NCBI GenBank assembly: GCA_004124385.1
Contig: SCKN01000008.1
Location: forward strand, 14,648 to 46,647
Reading direction: 5' to 3'
From: Fidelibacterota bacterium
Lineage (GTDB): Bacteria; Fidelibacterota; Marinisomatia; Marinisomatales; TCS55
Length of the DNA: 32,000 nt
Part shown: positions 19,722 through 26,880 of the stretch, piece after piece
Numbering within the stretch: position 1 is the first letter of the stretch
How the letters are laid out: each line of letters opens with the position of its first letter
Translations under genes and position numbers: made by a program
The notes under the pieces: generated by a model
The model's input: the letters and a program-made list of their open reading frames with translations, nothing else
What the model was told of the DNA's origin: nothing
The model's database searches: none

Positions 19722-20113
19722 TAAAAGATTTGAATGCAGCTGATATCATGACAAAAAAGCTGATTACGTTTACACCTGATACACAGGTCCTGAAAGCAAT
19801 TGACAAACTGATTTCCTATAGAATTTCAGGTGCGCCTGTTTTGGATGATAATGGAAATATGATAGGAATGCTTTCTGAAATTGACTGTATGCAAACCTTC
19901 GTACAATCTGCCTATCACAATGAAATTGGCGGGTTAGTAAAAGATTTCATGTCTTTAGAAGTGAAAACAATTACATCATTTATTGGAATTGTAGACCTTG
20001 CTGAATTTTTTCTGGAAACTCACTTTCGGCGACTTCCAGTAGTAGATAATGGGAAACTTGTGGGGCAGGTTAGTCGTAGAGATGTGTTAAGAGCGATTCA
20101 AAAACTATCATAG
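19718..20113 (+). CDS. Stand-alone tandem CBS-domain protein
   Basis: 131 aa with two CBS-like motifs (AADIMTKKLITFTPDTQVLKAIDKLISYRISGAPVLDDNGNMIGMLSEIDCM; FLETHFRRLPVVDNGKLVGQVSRRDVLRAI). ATGA overlap with the preceding gene. Confidence 0.9.
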   Translation: MIKDLNAADIMTKKLITFTPDTQVLKAIDKLISYRISGAPVLDDNGNMIGMLSEIDCMQTFVQSAYHNEIGGLVKDFMSLEVKTITSFIGIVDLAEFFLETHFRRLPVVDNGKLVGQVSRRDVLRAIQKLS

Positions 20114-20123
20114 AAGATTAAAT

Positions 20124-20501
20124 ATGAAAAAATTCCCAATCCGATTCCTAGGTCTGCTGGCTGCACTTTTTCTAAATATAGCTATTGCAGGTGAAACTAA
20201 TAATGATGATGTCAATATTCTAATAAATAAAAGCATCATGGCTATACAAAATAAGGATTATGAAAAGGCACTATCATTTATTAACCAAGCTAAAAACGTT
20301 AATTATGATAATAATAATTATCGACTAACCAATAGTGATGATTCAACATTAGCAGAAATATATCAGATGGAAGGTCAATTACTGGAAATACTGGGTAAAA
20401 AAGGAGAAGCTATATCTGCTTGGTATAATTGTTTAAATTACGCAAAAACAGACGCATTAAAAAAAGAAGCAGAGGTTCACCTTAAACACTTGAGAGATTG
20501 A
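20124..20501 (+). CDS. Secreted TPR-like hypothetical protein
   Basis: Signal peptide-like N-terminus plus helical repeat-like pattern (KDYEKALSFINQAKNVNY...GKKGEAISAWYNCLNYAK). Confidence 0.6.
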   Translation: MKKFPIRFLGLLAALFLNIAIAGETNNDDVNILINKSIMAIQNKDYEKALSFINQAKNVNYDNNNYRLTNSDDSTLAEIYQMEGQLLEILGKKGEAISAWYNCLNYAKTDALKKEAEVHLKHLRD

Positions 20502-20504
20502 TCT

Positions 20505-21188
20505 ATGAGAAGGGTTCTTGCTTTTATTTTTCTTTTTTTTCTTTATTCATGTGCCGATAAACCAGTCGTAAAACCAGATTTTGATTTTACCAGTATTGAA
20601 ACAATCGTTATTTATCCTACACCTGATTTCCGATCGTTCGCCGGTTCCGGGACCATTATAAATAAAAGTATAGTTTACCAATTAATGAAGATGGGAATTA
20701 ATATCGTTGAGCGGGAAACAACTCCGGCATTAATTAAAGAAGCATCATTATCACAAACTGGAATTACACAAAGCGAATTTGACGTTAAAATAACCTCATC
20801 TAACTTTGTTTTATTATGTACCCTTACAGAATTCAAGGATCATCAAGTAATCGTTGTGCCAATAAGAACAAGAAACAGAGGATCATCGGTGACAACTGTA
20901 GAAACGATTAACGAACCCATTATTACCAAAGATAAAATAGGCAATGAAATCGTGCACTACGAAACAACCACAACTGAAACAACGACTACGCAAAAGGGAT
21001 CATTGACTGAAAGAGAATCCGTAGAATATATTTCTTCACGAGTGGGAATGACAGTGCAACTTATCGATGTAGCAAACGGGGATGTACTTTGGACAAACAC
21101 GTATTGGTACACATCCATAAGCTTAACGAATGCTGTGCATGAATGTGTGTATGGCGCTCTTAAACCACTTGAGCAACTACTAAACTAA
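20505..21188 (+). CDS. Hypothetical lipoprotein
   Basis: Lipobox-like FLFFLYSC; later GMTVQLIDVANGDVLWTNTYW resembles outer-membrane-associated CsgG/DUF799-like lipoproteins. Only 3 nt after the preceding gene. Confidence 0.65.
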   Translation: MRRVLAFIFLFFLYSCADKPVVKPDFDFTSIETIVIYPTPDFRSFAGSGTIINKSIVYQLMKMGINIVERETTPALIKEASLSQTGITQSEFDVKITSSNFVLLCTLTEFKDHQVIVVPIRTRNRGSSVTTVETINEPIITKDKIGNEIVHYETTTTETTTTQKGSLTERESVEYISSRVGMTVQLIDVANGDVLWTNTYWYTSISLTNAVHECVYGALKPLEQLLN

Positions 21189-21189
21189 T

Positions 21190-22212
21190 CTACCAAATAT
21201 CAATCAGATCTAATGAAAAGTGTTGCTCCAACTTTTCCAACATAAATGTTTTAACTTCTTCATGAACTTTTTCGGAAATGGATAGCACGCTCTTATTTAA
21301 TTCATAGTCTTTATAATATATATCCACTTTTGGTTCACGCTTTCTGGCTCGTTGGAAAAAGTCCTTATTCATCCTAAATACGCCTACAACTGCATCATAA
21401 ATCTGATCAACCGGTATTGCTTCAAATAGTTCATCAAGAAAGCGACCATATACTTTCTGCCATTGGGGAATTATCATAACCGGATCAAAACAAAGACGGA
21501 CTTTCCATCCTTTTTCCAGTGCTTGACGAACTGCATTTAACCGTCGATCTAATGGTGGTGTATCCCACTCATATTTTTCTATCACTTCCTGAGGTGACAG
21601 CGTCCAGCCCAATAGTACATTTTTATGAGGCTTCACATTTTTAAGTACATTAAAGAGTGCACTTTTTGTCCTAATCTCAATTAAAATATCCGATTGGGTT
21701 GAAGCAAATTCAATCCAGTGCCGACAAAATGGAATAATATTTTCAGATGCAAGTAAATCGGTATTGTAGGAAATAGACAAGACCAGCGGTTGATTTTTAT
21801 TTTTACGTTGTAACACCGCATTTCTAGCTGCTTTAAAGAAATCATCCTCATTAGCAAAGGCTACCAAGTTTGCTGAAGGATACATGCCCTGCAGAAAACA
21901 ATATTGGCAATTATAGAGACAATTCAGCAAGGGAGTTGTATAAACAAAATTTTCAAATCCAGCGTCTTGGAGTATGTCGGTGGATTCATACAAAAATGGT
22001 GGTTTTTTCACAGCTAAAATTAGGTTCATACTTTTTTTCTGCTGAATAAAATCCTGGCCGGAGCGGTTGAAAACAGTTTTATAATCGGGTATGTATATTT
22101 TTTCAGCTTTTGGGAATCGCTTTATAATATCTTTAGCGAGGGGATACTTTTCAGCTCCGTCTTCAATATAAATGTGTGAAAAATCAGGAAGAAAGTTTTG
22201 TGCAGATTTCAT
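21190..22212 (-). CDS. Spore photoproduct lyase (SPL)-family radical SAM protein
   Basis: CLYNCQYCFLQG (CxxxCxxC radical-SAM motif in SPL-type context), followed by PLVLSISYNTDLLASENIIPF and VRLCFDPVM. Confidence 0.85.
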   Translation of the reverse strand: MKSAQNFLPDFSHIYIEDGAEKYPLAKDIIKRFPKAEKIYIPDYKTVFNRSGQDFIQQKKSMNLILAVKKPPFLYESTDILQDAGFENFVYTTPLLNCLYNCQYCFLQGMYPSANLVAFANEDDFFKAARNAVLQRKNKNQPLVLSISYNTDLLASENIIPFCRHWIEFASTQSDILIEIRTKSALFNVLKNVKPHKNVLLGWTLSPQEVIEKYEWDTPPLDRRLNAVRQALEKGWKVRLCFDPVMIIPQWQKVYGRFLDELFEAIPVDQIYDAVVGVFRMNKDFFQRARKREPKVDIYYKDYELNKSVLSISEKVHEEVKTFMLEKLEQHFSLDLIDIW

Positions 22213-23011
22213 AGAATATTTTTGATCGTTCTTGTTTTGAGTTTATTTCAATATGGAGATAATTAGATAGGAATGAAAAATCATCATCTTTGATGGCGAT
22301 ATACCCTTCAATTTTATTCTTTAATTGGTGTGTTTGCGTTTCAGTTAGCTTCAATGTGTTATTTAAATCTGTCAGTAAACGTTCATGCTGCTCATTTAAT
22401 AACGGCGCTCTAACTATTTCAGAGTTTTGCATCAATGTAATTATACTATCAAGTTTTGATAAATTATTGCTCATAATAGGGAGAACCTGTTCGGGGCTGT
22501 CCAAAACTTCATCCATATAATCAGAAACAATTTTTAAAAAAACTAAGCAATGGACCGGAAAAAACTCTACAGCTGTTTCAAAAATAACGGCCGCTTCCAT
22601 ATCCACCAGCCCTTTATATTTTTCGCCCCCATCCGTAACACCTTTAGAAACTGTCGTTAATTGTACTTCTGGAATTCCAGTCTTCAATAAAATATCGGGT
22701 AGCCATGCTTTTCCGCTTTTGTCAGACGTTATTTTATTAATTAAATACATTGTTCCAATTTTCGAAGAATCCTTTTTCCCTCCGGCAATGCCAATATTAA
22801 TAAGAATTGTATTTGAGCAAGCCAATTCTTGAAGAAAAGCACCCAACCGCTTACGGACATTTTTTTCCCCAACTCCTGTTGTTAAACATGTAATTCTTTC
22901 CCGTTGAAAATAAAACAATTTTTCAGAATGATGTTTTTTCTCTAATTGATACTGTTTAATGATTGGTTCTGCTTCAGATTGGAGAGCCGTAATGATAAGT
23001 AGGTGATTCAT
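22184..23011 (-). CDS. Nucleoside phosphorylase / MTA-SAH nucleosidase-like protein with C-terminal extension
   Basis: LLIITALQSEAEPII, TGVGEKN, NIGIAGG, GLVDMEAAVIFETA, FLKIVSDYMDE are typical of the PNP/MTAN fold. Overlaps the SPL gene by 29 nt. Confidence 0.8.
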   Translation of the reverse strand: MNHLLIITALQSEAEPIIKQYQLEKKHHSEKLFYFQRERITCLTTGVGEKNVRKRLGAFLQELACSNTILINIGIAGGKKDSSKIGTMYLINKITSDKSGKAWLPDILLKTGIPEVQLTTVSKGVTDGGEKYKGLVDMEAAVIFETAVEFFPVHCLVFLKIVSDYMDEVLDSPEQVLPIMSNNLSKLDSIITLMQNSEIVRAPLLNEQHERLLTDLNNTLKLTETQTHQLKNKIEGYIAIKDDDFSFLSNYLHIEINSKQERSKIFYEICTKLSS

Positions 23012-23026
23012 TGATATAATTTACAT

Positions 23027-23068
23027 AATAAAAGCCCCGTCACGAATAATCGAAACAGGGCTTTTATT
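23027..23068 (-). terminator. Candidate intrinsic terminator after the second secreted sorted protein
   Basis: Inverted repeat aataaaagccc (23027-23037) / gggcttttatt (23058-23068), 18 nt downstream of the stop at 23087. Confidence 0.6.
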
Positions 23069-23086
23069 AAGTTTAAACGGGTGTAA

Positions 23087-24577
23087 TTATTTCAGCAATA
23101 GCGTCTTGGCTGTGTGCGTTTTTCCATTCACATTTACTTTAAACAAGTATACGCCCGAACTCATACTACGTCCGTTATCATTCTTTGCATCCCAACGCAC
23201 CTCGTGCTGACCAGGAATTTGAATGCCATTATACAGACTTCGAATCTTGTGGCCACTTACATCAAATACATTGATTGACACCGGCCCAGCTGAACCCATT
23301 TCATATTTCAGCGTTGTTGTTGGGTTGAATGGGTTGGGATAAGCCTGGTGCAGTTTGAATTGACCGGGTTGCAACCCAATTTCTCCGGCAATGGCTAATG
23401 GACCACTATAACTCATTTCCATCCAGAAATCGAGAGTGATGTCCTGGATATCCGTAATACCAAATTGCATTTCAAACATATCATAACAATTCAATGAATC
23501 ATAATAATAGTAATAATAATCATCTCCCATCATTTCACAAAAATCAAATTCAGATGAAAGAGATAACATATCATCTGTTACTTCATAGGCAAGAGAGATT
23601 GTATCAGACTCTTCATATCCATAATAATCATCATAATACATAAAAATGAGTGTAATCGAATCATCAGTCGCTGACCACTCAATCTCCGATGTATCGGAAT
23701 ATTCATAGTAACCGTAATAATAATCTTCTTCAATCCCTGACCATATTTCTAGGCCTGTTCCATCTTCAAAAAACTGCCAGGTCATGGTTTCATCATCACC
23801 CGGATCCGGACCAAAATCATCTGATAAAAAGGGCATTTCAAAGGGAGTACCCGCAACCAAGTCTACTGTGCCCGGAGCTAAAGTACCGTTTAATGTAAAG
23901 GATGTATCGCCATTTTCACTTGCAAATGTCAGTGCAGATATATCCACTCTCATTGTTGTTGTATCTATTGTAATATAATCGGCTCCATTCTCAATCCCAT
24001 ATAAATATTCAACTAATTCACCATCAACAGTATCAGCAATCACAAAAACAGTACTACCGGAACCCATAGATGATATATGCATAAACATGTACATTGGCAG
24101 TTCTAAATCTTCAGGAAAATCATCATAGTAACCGTAGTCGTCATAGTCACCTTCCATATTTAATGGATTATTAGATAATTGTACAATAACAATTTCTCCA
24201 TATCCATAAACATCCACAAACCCTGCTACCATAAAGTCCATCGTATCCACAGCAGACCCTGAAATGCCAACTCCGCCTTCTGCTGGCTCCATACCAGAAA
24301 GCTGCATGAAATTCAAAATTGTTTGATCTGTCCCCACTGTCATCCAAACTGTAGATCCTTCATCTTCATGCACCCATTCACCCAATAAGTCACTGGGATC
24401 CATCATGGAACGGTTAAAAGGCTTGCCGGGGATGTTTTTCCAGGAAAGAGCTTTTTTGGAAAATTGCTGTTGAATTTCTTGGGGGAAATTCTGAATTTGA
24501 TCTTTAAAAAGATTAGCAATATTATTTTCACCAAAACACATAGAAATAAATGTAATTGTAATGATTATCTGTTTCAT
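23087..24577 (-). CDS. Secreted Asp/Tyr-rich protein with C-terminal FCB-type sorting domain
   Basis: Signal peptide-like N-terminus; C-terminus HQAYPNPFNPTTTLKYEMGSAG...INVFDVSGHKIRSL...VRWDAKDNNGRSMSSGVYLFKVNVNGKTHTAKTLLLK. Confidence 0.82.
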   Translation of the reverse strand: MKQIIITITFISMCFGENNIANLFKDQIQNFPQEIQQQFSKKALSWKNIPGKPFNRSMMDPSDLLGEWVHEDEGSTVWMTVGTDQTILNFMQLSGMEPAEGGVGISGSAVDTMDFMVAGFVDVYGYGEIVIVQLSNNPLNMEGDYDDYGYYDDFPEDLELPMYMFMHISSMGSGSTVFVIADTVDGELVEYLYGIENGADYITIDTTTMRVDISALTFASENGDTSFTLNGTLAPGTVDLVAGTPFEMPFLSDDFGPDPGDDETMTWQFFEDGTGLEIWSGIEEDYYYGYYEYSDTSEIEWSATDDSITLIFMYYDDYYGYEESDTISLAYEVTDDMLSLSSEFDFCEMMGDDYYYYYYDSLNCYDMFEMQFGITDIQDITLDFWMEMSYSGPLAIAGEIGLQPGQFKLHQAYPNPFNPTTTLKYEMGSAGPVSINVFDVSGHKIRSLYNGIQIPGQHEVRWDAKNDNGRSMSSGVYLFKVNVNGKTHTAKTLLLK

Positions 24578-24703
24578 GGTTTCCTCCCGTTGATTTAATT
24601 ATACATTAATTATGTATAATATACAGTTATTATTAATTTTATTCAAAATATTTTAAAATTTTTCTAAAGGACCTATGATTTCCAGCATTTGCAAAAATTT
24701 ATC

Positions 24704-24820
24704 TTAATATTTTTCTTTTTCGTCTCTGTCATCAGCAATGATAAGTCCGCAACGATATTGAATGTGTAATTGGTTTAAATATTGACGAATCTGATTTTCA
24801 GTAAATTTATCTTTCTTCAT
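24704..24820 (-). CDS. Possible small ORF, 38 aa
   Basis: MKKDKFTENQIRQYLNQLHIQYRCGLIIADDRDEKEKY from ATG at 24818-24820, with a purine-rich AGAGAGGATGAGCC upstream. No family recognised. Confidence 0.35.
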   Translation of the reverse strand: MKKDKFTENQIRQYLNQLHIQYRCGLIIADDRDEKEKY

Positions 24821-24886
24821 GGCTCATCCTCTCTAAATCCTGTAGTTATACTACAATGGATAGGTATCAATGAACCGTACGCGTCG

Positions 24887-25597
24887 TCACATATTGAATA
24901 ATTGCGGGAGCAGTTCTCCTGCTTTACCTTTATACACCCTGTCATATATCAAGGACTGTTCGCTGGGTTGGGGATTCAATTCGATACACAAGGCTCCCGT
25001 AGATTTGGCCAATTGTGGATAACCAGCGGCCGGCCAGACCACTCCCGATGTACCGATGCTGATAAACAAATCACACTGCGATACAGCTGCATCCGCTTGC
25101 TGAACTGTATCGGAATCGAGCATATCGCTGAACCAGATGATGTCCGGACGGAGACAGGCACCGCAGTCACATTTCCTTTTTTCGAAAGGACCGTGGTTTA
25201 AATCATCCTTAACCCAGCCTTCCCGATCACATCTCACTCTCCAAATGCTGCCGTGGAGTTCAATTACATTATTTGAACCTGCCCGCTGATGCATACCGTC
25301 AATGTTCTGGGTTACAACTAATACATTAGCATGTACTTCCTGGATAGCAGTAATAACTTCATGCCCCTTGTGGGGAAAACACTTGAGAGCTTCTTCCCGG
25401 CGCAGATCGTGAAAGTCAAACACCTTTTCCGGATCCGTCTCCCACGCTTCCTGGCAGGCGTATTCACGCCAATTATACTCATGCCAAACGCCGCCTTCTC
25501 CACGGTAAGTAGGCACTCCGGATTCAGCGGACATACCGGCGCCTGTAAAAAACACGATACGTTTAAATTTGTTAATATCTATTGTTTTGATGTTCAT
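24887..25597 (-). CDS. cobB: Sirtuin-family NAD-dependent protein deacylase, CobB-like
   Basis: FFTGAGMSAESGVPTYRGEGGVWHEYNW, TQNIDGMHQRAG, VIELHGSIW, LRPDIIWFSDML, ISIGTSGVVWPAA. Confidence 0.93.
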   Translation of the reverse strand: MNIKTIDINKFKRIVFFTGAGMSAESGVPTYRGEGGVWHEYNWREYACQEAWETDPEKVFDFHDLRREEALKCFPHKGHEVITAIQEVHANVLVVTQNIDGMHQRAGSNNVIELHGSIWRVRCDREGWVKDDLNHGPFEKRKCDCGACLRPDIIWFSDMLDSDTVQQADAAVSQCDLFISIGTSGVVWPAAGYPQLAKSTGALCIELNPQPSEQSLIYDRVYKGKAGELLPQLFNM

Positions 25598-25646
25598 TAT
25601 GGGATTGAAATTACCTCTTCAACTAACATAATATCACCTAACCATT

Positions 25647-26096
25647 ATGCCGTTACTCGATGATTTAATTGCTATTTTAACACAACGCGATCCTTTTCCG
25701 CCTCTTGTGCCTGAAAAGGTATGGGATAAAAGTTTAATTGCAAAAATTGATACACTGTCTGCAGCGCCACTAATCAAAGCAGGTCTGCATCTTTTGAATG
25801 ACGACATTCACAATTGCCATATCATCGCCCAGGAACATGAAAACCCGGACGGCAATTACTGGCACGCAATCCTGCACCGCCGGGAGCCGGATTACTGGAA
25901 TTCAAAATATTGGTATAAACGTGTGAACGATCATCAGGTCATCCAAGAAATGCAAAAAGAAGAACCGGGCTGGAATCCTTTCAATTTTGTAGACCAGTGT
26001 GAAAAATTGAATACAACTCAAGTAAGACTAATCCAGTTACAGGAAATGACATTGCTGCTGAACTATACAATTGAAAAATATGTAAAGAATTACTAA
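25647..26096 (+). CDS. Conserved hypothetical protein (His/Trp-rich motif)
   Basis: 149 aa ORF divergent from cobB (49 nt gap) and convergent with pcm (10 nt gap). Distinctive HNCHIIAQEHENPDGNYWHAILHRREPDYWNSKYWYKRV. Confidence 0.8.
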   Translation: MPLLDDLIAILTQRDPFPPLVPEKVWDKSLIAKIDTLSAAPLIKAGLHLLNDDIHNCHIIAQEHENPDGNYWHAILHRREPDYWNSKYWYKRVNDHQVIQEMQKEEPGWNPFNFVDQCEKLNTTQVRLIQLQEMTLLLNYTIEKYVKNY

Positions 26097-26106
26097 GCGA
26101 TTAATT

Positions 26107-26817
26107 CTATTCTGGAATCGGTTTCTTCGGGTGCACCATGGGTACAAAACGTACGGGAATCACCGATTCCTTATCCATGATTCCGCCCTGCAATTTGGTA
26201 ATGACCCATAATTCCTGCCAAATACTCCCCACAGGAATAACCAACTTCCCGCCAACTTTTAATTGTTCAAACAATTTGGGGGGTAACTTCGGTGGAGCCG
26301 CTGTTACAATAACAGCATCAAAGGGTGCTTCATCCGGCCAGCCCTGATAACCATCACCCCATTTAACATAAATATTATCATAACCGAGTCTTGCCAATGT
26401 TGCCTTAGACCTCACAGCAAGTTCTTGTAATATTTCAATGGAAAACACTTCCTTGCACAAATTGGACAAGACCGCTGCCTGATAACCGGAGCCTGTACCG
26501 ATTTCCAATACTTTTTCATTCCCCTTTAATTCAAGTAGTGAAGTCATCAACCCCACGATGTAGGGCTGGGAAATGGTTTGGTCATAGCCGATGGGTAGGG
26601 GAGAATCCATGTAGGAAAAGGGTCGCTGTTCAGTAGGAACAAACTCATGCCGGGGCGTTTGGCGCATGATATCCAAAACTTTTTCATCTTGAACACCTCT
26701 TACCATGATCTGGTTATCTACCATAACTTTGGCTTTTTGCTCCCAATTATCAACCTGGGCAAAAACAGGGTACTGAATCCAGATATAAACCCACAAGAGA
26801 CGAAAAATGTGATTCAT
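26107..26817 (-). CDS. pcm: Protein-L-isoaspartate O-methyltransferase with signal-peptide-like N-terminus
   Basis: RHEFVP..QRPFSYMDSPLPIGYDQTISQPYIVGLMTSLLELKGNEKVLEIGTGSGYQAAVLSNL; N-terminus MNHIFRLLWVYIWIQYPVFAQVDNW. Confidence 0.93.
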   Translation of the reverse strand: MNHIFRLLWVYIWIQYPVFAQVDNWEQKAKVMVDNQIMVRGVQDEKVLDIMRQTPRHEFVPTEQRPFSYMDSPLPIGYDQTISQPYIVGLMTSLLELKGNEKVLEIGTGSGYQAAVLSNLCKEVFSIEILQELAVRSKATLARLGYDNIYVKWGDGYQGWPDEAPFDAVIVTAAPPKLPPKLFEQLKVGGKLVIPVGSIWQELWVITKLQGGIMDKESVIPVRFVPMVHPKKPIPE

Positions 26818-26880
26818 GAAGGAATATAATGTAAGATAAAGTAAAAAGAAAAGGGGGACTATTTTTTCCTTTTGAAAACA

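Noticed and set aside
23501-23530. taa/tag-rich triplet run that resembles a microsatellite or start of a CRISPR-like array
   Set aside because: It is in-frame TAT/GAT codons of the secreted protein; no spaced direct repeats, and no cas genes in the window.
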